A DNA stretch of 62,753 nucleotides, filler included, from Choristocarpus tenellus KU-1152 (lineage: Eukaryota; Protista; Phaeophyceae): NCBI GenBank assembly GCA_964200185.2. It is 10 parts of 10 records of this genome, joined end to end, with 100 filler letters (N's around TTAATTAATTAA, not from the genome) between each part and the next. Parts side by side here need not be neighbours in the genome. Positions count along the whole stretch, not along the records: positions 1 to 12,874 come from CAXNAD020001678.1; positions 12,975 to 17,594 come from CAXNAD020013762.1; 8 more parts are not named here. One strand, 5' to 3'. Both the position numbers and the translations under genes were made by a program. Below the pieces are notes generated by a model. It made no database searches. It worked only from the letters and a program-made list of their open reading frames with translations, and was not told the DNA's origin. Of this stretch, positions 1 through 13,148 are shown one piece after another (within the stretch, counting starts at the first letter, position 1; every line of letters starts with the position of its first letter).

Positions 1-18
1 CCCCAATCCCCACCCCAG

Positions 19-2548
19 CGGAATTCGTCAGTCTGTTTCCATCGTGCCGGCAAGACCCCCTTGGGAGCAGGTCTTGGTTTCAAGGCAGCTGACTGCATAT
101 ATGATGATGTAAGACCGAATGGTTGTCCTGGCCAGTCACTGCCAAACCCAGTGGCATCTACGCCAGTTACGGCACTGTGACGTTGCACCACCACATCTGG
201 AATCTGTGGTCGTGCAGCATAGGAAACATCCAGATGTGCACTATATATTTAGTCCCACACGAACCTGATACCATAAACAGAACAGAATGTACCTGTGGCA
301 CTAACTTGCTGCTGCATGAGACGGCCAGGAGCAATTGGTGCATATTGTTTAATATCCTTTTGTATTGTAGATGCACTGAATGTATGCTGTGTTCCAATTC
401 AATGGGATATCCTTTGTTTGGCAGGAACCTCGAAGGCCCATATAGACCGGTGATTTACTCTAATACAGCAATAAATCCGTGCTTGTCAGATTGTGGCTAT
501 TAAAAGGTCATACTCGCTCGGGTCATATTACCGAAGTATTCGTGAAACGACCACCTCAGACAATGATGATTCGTCATGTAGGAGCAGTTCTTCAAATCAA
601 ACCGTTCTTCGCACTCGATACATTTTTGTCTAACCAACTGTGTATCTACATACTTGTTCTCACAACTGTGTTTATATTCCATTATTGCTCATCTCCCCAA
701 TTAAGGATGCAACCATTCATCGTATTTCTAGCCCTGCAAGTATATATCTCGTACCAAGGAGTACTTCAGGACATGTTTTGGTTGTTGATGTTGTAGTTGA
801 ACTTGGGGAAAGTTGAGGACTAGGAGAAAACGTTGCTACACTGTTTCTGCTATGCGGTGGGAGATTGGGGCGTTCGATATCGCTTTAGCCTCAAGTTCTA
901 GATTTATTAGCCTGCGCTTCATGGCCTGTTTCTAAATATTAAGTCTGGTGCTAAACATGGCACACCTTGAAAAAGTTGGGAGTATCTGCTGAGATTGACG
1001 AGGGTCGTCCAAAGTTTGAAGTCTTTTTTATTGGCTTCATTATGGCACCGGCGTGGACTTCTCTCCTGTTTTCTAGGTTCTTCCAGTGTTCGAACGGCAC
1101 AGGAGGCAGATCCCTTTCAGGGCCTCTATCTATGCATGGAACCCCGTGTAGACGAAATATGTCTGGGGCTTCGATGCTGACCGCAGTCTTGAGCTTGCGA
1201 CAGGAGTCAATTCTCGATGAATCTTCTAAAGGGAGCTCTACTAAGGGCCCCATTGTTCTGCTCGAGGAGAAACGTAAGTTGACAAAACTAGTGTTACGGG
1301 TGTTAATATAGTAGAATTTGACCTACATTCTACCTTAATTGAAAATCGTGGAACTCAGCATAGATATGAGAAGGACTTTGAAATCTAATAGCACTCTAGA
1401 CGATATGGCACGACAGAGGGCATATGTGGCAAGGGCCAAAATTCGAAGGGGAGGAGGGGAGGAGGGTTGGAGCAGGGTTGGAAAGAGTGTCTCGCGTCTA
1501 GATACCCCCAAGTTTTGGAGTAGTACATTGCAGGTACGTCTTCAATACGCGTAGAAAGCAGTTTCAGTGTTGAGGCAGTGGACACGCTCAGATAGGCACA
1601 CTGGAACAACGCAGACTCAAAGAACCCCTTCCATAACAAGGAATCACGTCAGAATAGCCGAATACTCGTGCACTTGCAGACCTGTTATCCCTGCAATTAA
1701 AGCAATTTTGTGTATATCACGTAACTCCATGATTACAACTATCGCGAACACAAAACGATCAGAAGCACATACGTAAAAATAGGCTTGAGTCTATACTGTA
1801 GTTTGAAAAAAAAGTCACTGATACAATTAATATTAAAATGGTAAATGTCGGGAACTGAACTGTCATCGAAATTGTCTGGAGATCGCTTGAGTGCTACCGT
1901 ACTCCGGAGTATTTAGCTCTCTCTAGTTGATGGAAGTCTGTGGGCTTACTCCTTCAATGACCTTCGCTGGCTGCAACATTGGACCAATCTTGGACTACAA
2001 TGGAAGTGTGGTGGACATCTGGATCAACTACACTACCTTGATTTTGACTCTAGTCAGTGTCGTCATTTGCACGAGGAAAGCCAACGAGCATTCTTTTGAA
2101 TACCGACGAGCAGCACCCTGGTTTTGGGTTCCGTTCTCCGTGGTCTTGGTTCTTGCGCAGGTACAGTGGTTTAACCTCATTCCCTGTTGTTGCTCTGTGT
2201 TGTAACATTTCTCCCAAACCTCTTTTCAGACTGAATAATTTTCCCACCCCACAGATCTTTGCTGATTGCAGCAGTAACAACGTAGGGATTAGTGCTATTT
2301 GGAGCGCCTACACAGGATTTATTGTCGTGGGCTCGTGGCGATTGCAAGGTCTATGGAAGGCTGGTGGCAGAGAGTCTATGTTGGCAACAATTGCCTCTGT
2401 TTCGGTGTGGATGGGCGTATGTGCTTACTACGCCTTCACTGAGCCATTTATTACAACCTTGGCACATCTGGTAGCCTTCGCCGTTGGTGCAATTTCTCTA
2501 GGGGTCTTTGAGGTTCTTCACATGAGGCCACGATACCAGCAAGTATGA
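19..2548 (+). CDS. Rhomboid-like multi-pass membrane protein, 5'-partial; exons 19-108 (tentative), 1927-2160, 2255-2548
   Basis: AG/GT-bounded phase-0 exons join ORFs 1927..2205 and 2057..2548 into one hydrophobic protein. It has NVGISAIWSAYTG and TTLAHLVAFAVGA segments resembling the rhomboid GxSx and AHxxGxxxG catalytic helices. Joining exon 19-108 rests on phase compatibility only. Confidence 0.5.
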
Positions 2549-3085
2549 CACGTAGTCGCCTTGAACGCCGGTTGAAGTTGGAGGCGAACGATTCAACAAG
2601 TTGACACTTCAGATTGCTGTATTCTAAACTGTAATAATTTAATAAACGTTCAAAGTGGGGAAAACTGCCAAACCGTGCTAGAAATGATCATGCACACAAG
2701 CTCCAAACATCAAATCGATACCACATGTCCCTCTCTAGTGTGCCCATTTCCTCTACTTGTACTCCTTGATCACACAGCACCTCATAACTCGTAAACCGAG
2801 TCGCTAGGGCAATGTAGGCAAAGTCATTGCCACGTTTCATATCAATGTTGTGTGTGTGCATCACGAAACGACGACAGGGATGACACAAGAGTAGATCCCA
2901 GGTGCCGTCCTACACCCCAACATTGTCACCTCACCCAACATAGCATATAGCTACTGTTTCAACAAGTAGAATGGCGAGGTCAAGTATCAGGGGCACAAAA
3001 AATTCTGGGCTTTTCATCACTAACAGTTTCAGACTGTAGAATGTCAATGCCAGGTACAAGGAATGCAAACAAACAACTCTAAACC

Positions 3086-6000
3086 TTAAACCACCTCATC
3101 CCTGCCTTGATCTCCCAGTGGCGCTCCAGTGCGTACAGCTACATGTCCATCCACCCCATCCTCCTCATTCCTGGCTTCTATTCTAGAAACTGTGCCCGTA
3201 GAGGGCCCCCCAGACTGTGCTTGATTGATAGTGCAATCAGTCAAAGATGACTTTCCATTTTCATCTTTTCCAGGTCCCTCATCAGCATGTGCCTTGAGGG
3301 TTTCCCCCAAAATGGCCTGCCCACCTTCTGGAGTCAGCACACAGTCATCCGTTGCATGTACGCTGTCCCTAGCATTTGCACAGGCAGTGCTGACAGGACT
3401 CTCTCCACTCAAGTGGTATGCTTGTTCTTCTGAAGAGGGGACATCACTATCCTTCACAGTACTCTCTTCCTTGGCACCCCTACCCTCTTCTTCCTTGTCA
3501 CTTTCCTTGCATGCTCTTGTATCCTCCACATCCCTTGTTGACGGATCTTCAGGAGCTGAGCAGGTCTCACCATCCCCATCACTCCCTTCCTCGCCACCAC
3601 TAGACGGTTCTATCCCCTCCCTCTGGTAGAACAACATGTATGCCTATTGTGGGGAAGGTGCAACATTCGAAAAAGGGATTAGAGAACTGAGGCGAAGGGG
3701 ATGAGGTGATGCTGCAATTGCTATGTACTGACTGATTACATCCACTACGGGGTATACAGAGGTATATGACAATGGGGGTAACAGTGACAGAATAACTAGA
3801 TGGGATGGATTATATGCCATGGGCAGGAGGGTGGGGTGGGGTGGGTGTAGGGGATATGTATTTGGATTACTTTGATCATGTTTTCCACCGATGATGACAA
3901 ACAAGTGCAATACACTTACAACTCCTTGCATTTCAGCAACCACATCTTCAGGCACAGGTCTCGACACAACAACCAAGCGTTAACCTTGGCCACCTTGCTC
4001 TGTATGTCACATCCTCTACCTCACCTGAGACTTGAGCACTTCAATGGGTACACACTCCCTTACAGAGCTGTCGCTCACATGTTTCCATGTTTCACCCTCC
4101 CGCACAAAGGACACAAAGTGACCGCTTCCCTTGCCACCATGGTGCACAACAAGCCCAAAGAGGTGATAGCATGTTGATGCACGGGGTAGGGATGCCTGTG
4201 TGTAGGGTGGGTGGGAGCCACCAAACATAAAGGGTAGATCAGCGAGAAAGCGTTTAGAGCAAGCTGAGGCCGTCAGGATGCAGGAAAGACCACCCATGTA
4301 AGGGATTATAGTATGTGGTACCACGAGATCCGGCCAAGAGACACTAACTAGTCTTAAAAAATAAGCACATAAACACACAATTAAACAATTAAACAAACAA
4401 AACAAACAAACAAACAAACAAACAAAATATTTGCCCATGATCTGTACCACACATACCCACGATAATGTCTCTACTGAAATGTAGTCCTTACATTGAATGA
4501 CTCAGAATACCAAATGACTCAACAGTTCTCTAGTAAATCATATTGGTGAGCAAGCTTCTACTCGTCTTTCTGCATTATTATAGAGTTTTTACACCAGAAT
4601 GGCGGTAGCACAGGGACAACAAATATGTGGACAAGGCTCTTACCAAGTTTCCCTGCTAATAGAGTTAGAAATGACCCCCAAAAAACACAAAAATTACACT
4701 AACAAAACATATAGCCAATGTGCAAGATGGGATTAAGGATATTTCATCGGGCAATTGTTAAAAATGCATACAATAGTAGAGGTGCTTCAGACTGTACTGT
4801 GCATGACATCAGGGAGGGCATGCAAGTACAAGTGCTCTCTGCCTGGAGCTAAAATCTCACCATAGGGTCCCTCCAACAATAAGGGTCCATATCAAGCACC
4901 TCTGGGAAGGACACAAGTCGATTTACTTTGGCCCTTGCCTGCAGTCGCTTTAGATGGAAGACAAGCACACACGGTGGCTCCAACAGCAGGACTCTTTTGC
5001 TGGCATTGCTTCTGGAGCCCTTTGCCTTCGAGCTTGGTCCACACTTCCCACAGTCATAACCATTGCCATCCTTCACTGAAAGTTCCTCAGCACAAGTGAA
5101 GTTATCCAGACATGAATATAGATCTTGTGCCACCCGATTGGGTCTCTCAACAGTGGGAGGGTATTTCAGTCTGCTCAATGGTTCCTCCTCGTACCCACCT
5201 TCGTCACCACTGCTGTTATCATCACCATCATCATCAGATGATCTCACTGTCCCTTGTCCAGTCTTGAAAGGGAGTTGCCCATTTTGCCACAGCATATCAT
5301 CCTCTGCCCCTACCTCTGTTGCCTTCACCAATGACTCTATAGCCACCACTGAATTGGTCGTGGGTAAACTTGCTGGGGTACCTACAGCAGCAATACAGCG
5401 CTCAAGGGCGCTGATCACCACTTGATGAGCCATGTCACCTGCCAATGTCTCAGTCACATCATTTCTTGCACCACAGTAGCCATTTTGGGCTTTTGCCTCA
5501 AACGCCTCAATTGCCCCACAGGCCCTATGATTGAGATAAGGTCCAGGCCTATCCCTGCTCTTGGGTACTGGGGTACTTCCATAGCTGTCACTACCCTCAG
5601 TCTCCAAGGTATTAGACCCACTATCACTACGGATGCTGCCAGCGCAATGGTCCGCCAGGCCTCCATTGTTGTCCACCCTGTCAATGTCACCACACTTACT
5701 TCCTCTGGTCTTTTCCCCCACTTGTACTGCCATCTCATCATTGACCAAGGACCCCACATTTCCCTCTCCTGGGCTTGGTGCAGTTCTGCAGCCTAACGAT
5801 AGTGGAGTTGGAGTTCCACATTCCACCTCCTGGCGTGGACAGTCTGACGGTAGCCCATCAACACCACTGGGGCTGGGGCTGCTAGCAGTTGCTTCACATC
5901 CTTCGTTCTCAGTCTCTCCTGTCCCAATTTCCTCGGCCCCTGCGATTCCCAGTCGAAGCTGACAGTTTCCTTCTGTTTCTCCAGGCACCGCAACCATTGC

Positions 6001-9000
6001 CGCCTTGCAATTCTCTAGGCCCTCCCTCTCACCAGAGTTCCCACACACGGTGGGCAGGTCAACTGTGAGCAAGTGTGATAGATCTACCTGTTTATGTAAT
6101 CTCATTGTTGAGTCTGATTTAGAATCCGGTGCTTGACTCGGGGCACCCTTCTTCAGGTCATCTCCATCCTCCTCCAGACTGTTCTCAGCTTCCGGAGGGA
6201 GGCATGATTCCTTTGAATCTACCTCCTCTAATGTGGCTGCACCAGTTTGCTGGGACAGACCCTCCTCACCTTCGCAATTTCCCTCCTTACTGTGGCTACT
6301 ACTTAAGGCAGCAGTTGTGGATGCGGGGGTTGCTTGTGTGGCTTCGGGAGTGGCACCTCTATCAGCATGAGGATTCTCCACTTCATCACTACTCATGTCC
6401 TGGTCAGTGCTCACGGTGCGCGCCCCTCGCTCACCCCCTTTCCTCCGCTTTTTGTTCCGTTGCTGCCTTTTCTCTAATTTAGCAAGCTGGAAGCAGGCGT
6501 ACAAGGAATCGTCGGGGTTAGCATCAGGGAGTGAGCTCACGGTTGACAATAGACAAGAGGGTTAAGAGGTCAACAGGGTTTGGTGGACTGGACGCCATGT
6601 TGCGCCGGAGGATCAAGACAACTTTTCTGCGTCTCGTAGAACCACTTCATCATCAATGAACGAACTCTTCTTGTCCTGGCTGATCCAGAATCAATGGATG
6701 ATAAAAAATATATATATCAGAGTTCGGGTACATCAGCACAGCACATACCCACGCTGCGCTCCACTGCTGTGTAGTACTCTCAACACAAAATTATAGTCAA
6801 AAACATGTATGTGTGACAGTGAGCAAAAAGGGTGTGGGGTCGATGGGGGAGGGATACCTTCTTCTTCTGGTCCTTCGAAATCTCAAATCCTGATGCTTTC
6901 CCATCAGCTTCAGCCAGCTGCATAGCTTTAACAGCTTTCCCGCACCGTACACCTGCTGCAGCTGTCTGGTCCTCCTTCCAGGCACGATGTGCTGGCTTCC
7001 CTGTTCCTACTGCCATGTTGCCTGAAGCACCCTTTCCACCCTGCCAGGTACGGTGCCCACTGCTTTGAGCTCCGCCTTGACCTCTGGCCCGCATACTGCT
7101 GTGATGGCCAGGTATTTCCAGGCTAATGCAAAATGATGACTCAACACAGTAGGATCGTGCACGGCATCTTAAACAGGTTACCTCAGAACACATCGTGCCT
7201 CCATACACCCTCTGCACCGCAGGACGTGGTTGGGTAGGGGCAGGAGAGCAAGCGTCTTTGGTCAAGGATACAGCAGCCTTCGGGGTCGTGGATATCAACT
7301 TCTTATTGCTGGGTGGGAGTATGGAAATGGTAGGACTGCACTTGGCAGGATAACCTGGCTCATTGCACGCCTCCTGTGACAGTGAGTCTGCCCTGCCAGT
7401 TGTGATCACCTCTTCATCCCCATCCCGACTAGCCCCAATGAAAGGACTGTGATTGAGTACGCAGTTTACATCTTTGGCTTGTTGGCTTATCTGCAGTCGG
7501 CTATTTGCATTGATCATGCCGATTCTCTCCTGAGATATACTGCATTTCTCCTCACTCTTGTTGCTACATTCATAATGGTGGTCTGTACTCAACAATGGGC
7601 TCCCATCAGGTCCACTCTGGCAACTAGTGTCTCTAAGTGCTGTCCCTGTTTTCATGCTCTCATACCCCTCCTTTCCCTCTTCGGGTATTGTAGCCACCAT
7701 ATCATTCCCCTTCCTTCCATTCAAGTCAGGTTTGGTCTTGGAGGGGTTCTGCATGCTGCTATCATAGACATCCCCTTTGATCTGCGCATCTTTCAGGTGA
7801 CATCTCCTGTCAGCTGCTACCATAGAAGCTGAGCCTACTGAACCCCCATCAACTTCCCCGTTTCCTGCCATTCCTCCAATGCCCCGCTCCATACCCCCAG
7901 GACAGAACTTGGTGGCGGCTTTGTTCTCCACTAACTCAGCTATCTCTTCCCCAATTTTGACATCAGAAGGGGTGCTGACTGTCTTATCATTCTTTGTTAA
8001 ACTTGGTCCCAATAAAACCATGTTCCCTTTTCTCTCCCCTTCTTCCGTCCTGCCATCCTGACTTTGATCCAGTTTTGGGCCCTGCCATACTTGTCCTACC
8101 TCATTTTCGACCTCATCTTTGAAAGGGGATGGGCCACCTGTGTCCCTCTCACTATCCATATCAATGCCACCCTTGACATTACCTTCACCAAAACATTTCG
8201 GTGCTATATCCTCTCCAACTGCATTTCCCCTTGTTGAGTCCGCCACGGTAACAACCTCTGTACAAGTCCCTGACTGATTAGGATTTAAAACAGCAGTGGT
8301 GACTACTTGCCCCACGGGTCTTAGCACAGATCTGGAGGCATCTACTTCCCCTGTGAGGGGGTCGTCAGCTGTTTCATTAATAGACTGCTTAGTCTCTGCC
8401 GAGTACTGTGCCGCCTTCTTTCGTGCTGCCAGCTCCTCCTCATCCAGGCAGCACACAAGACAAACGAACAACTCATGGGCGTCCTGCTGGGCAAACCCTT
8501 TAAATTGTGGGCAGGTCCTCTGCACTGCCGACAAAAGAGAGGAAGGACTATAGGGCCTGGTGAGAGTCGCAGATGTCATGGAAGGGGTGAGGGCGACGGA
8601 TAGGAGTAGATAAGCAAAAGAGGAGTGTGTGTGGTGAAGGGAATATGTGGAAGTTCAAGTGGGTGGTGGCGAGAAAACTGCAGAGTAGTGGCGTCATGAG
8701 AAAGCAACTGTTTGCAAAGTGCTTGCAGATGTGCCATCGTCTTCGTATCGGGGGCAGAGGGAAGGAGGTTGTGTAGTGTGACAAGTACGTCTGCGTGATC
8801 TTGTCGAAGGTCCAGCTGTCGAAGGACTTCGGTCGAATTCTACAGGGGGAAACACAAGGAGGGAAACACTATGGCCAGTCCACAACACCTCGTACCTCTC
8901 TTTTCTGATGCCCACAGGAGCCCGCATATCCATCAAAGTGCGCCTCAACGCCTTCGTAACTGGACCCAACGGGATATCCGATTTTCGCTTACTATCAGCG

Positions 9001-9331
9001 AACAACGCCTTGTGCAAGGGGAAAGTTCGGAAGATGTTTTGGAGTGCCGAGTTGAAGAAGCACGTGTTACCTAAGTTACACAGTCCAATAGTGGGGAGCT
9101 CTTGGTACGCATTCCACGGCACAGCAGCGTCCATGGCGTCACCCTCACTCTGTTGGACGCTATGCGATGCATCATGGACATCTCGCCCCGTTCCTGATAC
9201 TGGTTTATCACCCCTTTTCATATCACCCTTGAGCTTCTGTCCCGCAGGACCCTTCTGTTGGATGTTCAGAGCAAGTCTTTCCTGTTTACGGGTAGCTTTC
9301 CTCGCGTTCCCTCTCCTTTTCCTACCACCCA
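3086..9331 (-). CDS. Ubiquitin-specific protease (peptidase C19, USP16/45-like); exons 9331-8896, 8839-8789, 8556-6858, 6486-4861, 4195-4025, 3643-3086
   Basis: Cys box GLCNLGNTCFFNSALQN, QQDAHE box, zinc ribbon CLRC...CGKC, LVFHLKR, FPEVLDMDPY, His box YHLFGLVVHHGGKGSGHFVSFVR and AYMLFYQR. All internal introns are GT-AG and keep frame. Confidence 0.93.
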
Positions 9332-9811
9332 CTGGGGGGTTGTGGGAGAAATGCGTAAGGAGAGAGTTCCTAGCAATGTTGAAGTGCTAAGATCTAGGTA
9401 GGCATTCGTTTTCGCGAATCGTATTGCAAAATATTTGGTTCCCAGGGATCAAGACACGAAACAACTAGTCATCAACAAATCAAGCACTTTGGAGAGAAGA
9501 CCAATTGTAGACGTAGTACTGGACTTCGAGACACACAACCTCTCAACCTCAAATCTCGATACGTTCAACAGTGACTCCTCCCTCTCACTTTCAAGCCCAA
9601 TATTGATCCAGAGGCTCTCAGCGGAGCTCCGACTTGTTCAAATATGTCACTTCAGCTCACAATCACGTTTTCCAACAACTTCTGGCTAAGTGCCACAACA
9701 TTAGTAGAAGTATGATCTAAGTTCATTGAGATTTTGAAGCTTTCACACACTGGCAAAACGCCTCGCAGGTACTCATTTCCTCTTTTCAAATGCACACCTC
9801 AACCAGAAAAA

Positions 9812-10686
9812 ATGGAAAGGAGATCGTTCCTCGCATTCATCTCAGCGTTCTTCTCATTATCTGTCAGCGCATTCTCCCTTTTAACCTCATTATCGTTTTC
9901 ACCATCTCATACACGACAACGGGGCCATTATGCTCTGTGGCACTCTCCCACTAAACATGTACGAAGAGGATGTCATGAGGCGATGTGTGGTGACATAAGA
10001 GACCAGTTTCGCCCAAAGAGGGCCTCAGTGGAACCTGTGATCATCAATACCTTGGTGAGGGTGTTCTTTAAGGGAAAAAATGCTGCCACTGCCGTAGAGG
10101 ACGTGTTAGAGGAGCGTGGGTCCAGTGAGGAGTGGCAACTGACGAACGACGAGAGAGAGTTGGTGCAACATCGGGTCTACGGAGTTTCAGATAACTTGCA
10201 AGAACTTCGATTTTTGCTCGCTACGGTCGTTGCCAGGTAGGTCTGGGGAACCTGAAATAGATACCAGGATAAGGCCCAATCTTCAATGTGAACCTTGAGA
10301 TATGAAACCGCTTGTGATTGATGGGATCCTTCCTGATGTGTAATAATTTGTGGCTTTTGAGTCGGGCCTGTGGATCCCTACTTGAGAACTGATTCAGTCC
10401 ATCGGATTGGAGCGGCTTGTATTCAATGTCGGACTTATCTTATTCTTCCCTGTTCAACACGACCCTATCGCCAACTACCCTACTTTGCCCCAAAAGGAAT
10501 CCCTTCATTGCTAAATACGGCATGGAGTCTGAATATGGCGTGGGGGCTGATCTAGAGTCGAATCCATTGACACAGATGAATCATGCCGAGTGTCTTCTGG
10601 CACTCTATATTCTATATAAGGAGGGGATGAAGGGTACGGTGAACTTCATTGACACGGAGAAGTTGGACGTTCTGCGTGGGTATTAA
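9812..10686 (+). CDS. Hypothetical protein with signal peptide and SAF motif, probably plastid-targeted; exons 9812-10236, 10497-10686
   Basis: MERRSFLAFISAFFSLSVSAFSLL hydrophobic leader ending in VSAF (ASAFAP-like), followed by a Ser/Arg-rich stretch. A phase-2 GT-AG intron joins the two ORFs. Divergent from the USP gene. Confidence 0.7.
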
Positions 10687-11447
10687 GTAGAAAACCCACG
10701 CCATGGCAAAATGGATTGAACTCAGCTAAGAGAACACGTCACCTTTGTAAGCTAGCACATTAGAGGGGGAAATTTGGAAGAATGGGCTTGAAGAGTAATT
10801 CATATAATTTTTCTTCTTTATTGGTTGGATATGTCTCGAATACCCTCCTGTTTTCAGTATGACCTATATTGGAGTTTGCCAGCTTCTTTGTCATCATCCT
10901 TCCTCATAGTAAGACACAATCATAGGTCTCTCCTACTAGTCCTGTTGAATGCCAAATATCTGACTGTACGTGGGAAGGGCCTTGACATAGAATGCCTAGG
11001 GGATATCTTCAGGCGGAAAGCTTGAACTACATAGAGACAACTTCTTTCTCAAAGCTTTTGTGCATGCACAAAGAAGGGCATGCCTCATTAGTGCATATCT
11101 ATCGGGTTACCACACACGACGCAACATATCCGTGCTGAGTAGCACAATGAAAAGATGATAGCAATCATCCTGTAAGGTCTGAACACCGTAAGGTTTCCAC
11201 AGATTTCACCAACTTTCCAAATATCTACATTTGGCATTTTCATGTACTTTCGCTCACATGCACCTATATTTGTATTCCAATCACTGAAGCATAGATGTGT
11301 ACAACATCGTATGTATCAGCTGGACTGAAGGATACAGGAGGGCAACTTACATTGACTTCATGCCACATGCACTAGCAGAGTTTGAACATTCCCCAATCCT
11401 TGATCAAGTATATCTTTCATATATTTTTAGTTATATGTTGACTCAAG

Positions 11448-11805
11448 ATGTGGGAAAGATGTGAAAAGGCCACGAGTGGAGTCCCTTCACCATTGACCAG
11501 AGGTTTTGTACGGGTGTGGTTGTACCAGTCAGACAATGAAAGCTCGGGTGACGAGGATGGCAATGGGTTTATGGGAGGTGGCAGTGCATCAGGGACTGTG
11601 AGGAAAGGAGCAGCCTCTTCAGTGTTCTTGATTCCTCCACCGCTGTACTCTCAAGTACCTGATGAGTTTGCAAGCTTAGAAACAATCGCTGAAGAGTGCA
11701 GCATGAACCATGTTTCGTACCATCTCTGGAAAGCAAAGCTGACTTGACTCAGAGCAATTGGGGCAAGGGCAATCAAACAAGTCGGTATCTGAGATTTTTT
11801 CGGCG
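11448..11805 (+). pseudogene. Decayed C-terminus of a pogo/Tigger-type (Tc5/CENP-B DDE) transposase
   Basis: Acidic linker, then PPPLYSQV..EFASLETIAEEC...YHLWKAKLT*LRAIGARAIKQVGI*DFF, ending in a QxxIxxFF PIP-box-like tail typical of pogo transposases. Two in-frame stops. Confidence 0.45.
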
Positions 11806-12874
11806 TTGTGATATTTTTATTAACTAATAAGTTTTACTCAGTGCATGCAATGGGGGATGTGTTACAGGCGCCCCTCAATGCTCACCTTTCCAGGATGTAC
11901 AAGTCAAGTCCAATTCAAAGATTATCGAACGTCAGCTCAGCAGAACAGGGGTACTCCCAAATGAATCAATCAGTATAAAGTGTATATAAAAAGTACGGCA
12001 TCAAAATAGAGAGTGAGATATGTGGGTCTTGTTAGATCAGAAGAACTGATCTGATTTGAGCCGTTTTTAGGAACTCTAATCATCATTTGCCGTTGGGGGA
12101 TTGTTCGGGTTTGCAAATACTGTATGTATCTGAGAACCCTTTCCGACCATCCATCCATGACCCTCCGTAACTACCCGAGTTACAGTTTATTCTGCAACTT
12201 TTAGGCAAATCGGAGTTCCCCCTTTTGGGGTTCCCCACGAGCGTATACTGCTCGCGCTGGTTAAAGCGCGGGAAGAAATACTCGACCTATTCGCCTGTGA
12301 CAGATGCATGGGGATGCAGCTACATTTGATTCACAGTGGTGTTTTGATACTGTACTGTATGATATCCTTGTACAGTACAGTTGAATATATAGGGCAGGGC
12401 ATTGGAGGGAGATTGGCTTTGAAAGTTAGTTTGATTTGAACTGCGATTCATCTGTCCAGTCACCCAATGGCTTGCGGATGATTTTCTTGGGAAGGTATAC
12501 CATATATATGTGAGTAAATACATAATGAGTGTAATTTACGAAAGTCACAGTACTATGTATATATGACACTGGTATACTGCGCATGGGTGGTGTAGATGTG
12601 GTGCTTGCTGCACCACCACAGCTTCATCAAAATGGCCTCACTGAGGGCAATGTTCAATGCATATCTACATGTAACTACTCTTGAAGGCACATGGGAAGCA
12701 CATACTGCACGGGTGACGCTCTGTCGTCGTTCAGGGACGAGTATAAAGGGCCTATAACCACTGTTGCTGTTGAAACCTGAATCGAATGCATCGTACATGT
12801 AAGCAAAATGCGTAGACTACTAGCGATGAGGAATCATGGTGTTGCAGCACTGATGAGCGATTTGCGTAATCTAT

Positions 12875-12974
12875 NNNNNNNNNNNNNNNNNNNNNNNNNN
12901 NNNNNNNNNNNNNNNNNNTTAATTAATTAANNNNNNNNNNNNNNNNNNNNNNNNNNNNNNNNNNNNNNNNNNNN
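12875..12974. other. Artificial scaffold linker N44-TTAATTAATTAA-N44 (others at 17595-17694, 27207-27306, 30490-30589, 33175-33274, 38674-38773, 45021-45120, 47714-47813, 59254-59353)
   Basis: Nine identical 100-nt gap cassettes carrying a six-frame stop linker. Confidence 0.97.
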
Positions 12975-13148
12975 GGGGGGGGTGGCTGTCCATTTGGGGT
13001 CAATTTTTTTATGTCGCGATTTTTGTGTGATTTGGTTGCATACATCATACGTCGGATGAACAATGTAAGTGCACTTTTCTTGGTTATGGGCCAAATGGAC
13101 ACCCCGGTGTAGACCCGCCCCCCGCTCCCCCTCCAGATACTTTGGGTC
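12975..13148 (+). mobile_element. MITE family A copy (5' end in gap)
   Basis: Body GGCTGTCCATTTGGGGTCAATTTT...GGACACCC..GTGTAGACCC and right TIR CCAGATACTTTGGGTC. Confidence 0.85.

Noticed and set aside
6487-6700. Extra USP exon or the ORF start at 6549
   Set aside because: In-frame stops upstream; the acceptor at 6487 gives a clean KKK|LAKLEK junction.
5063-9390. Plus-strand ORFs overlapping the USP gene
   Set aside because: Antisense shadows of long coding exons with no motifs.
12919-12930. Recurrent TTAATTAATTAA palindrome as a biological motif
   Set aside because: It is always centred in a fixed 100-nt N cassette, so it is an assembly linker with stops in six frames.
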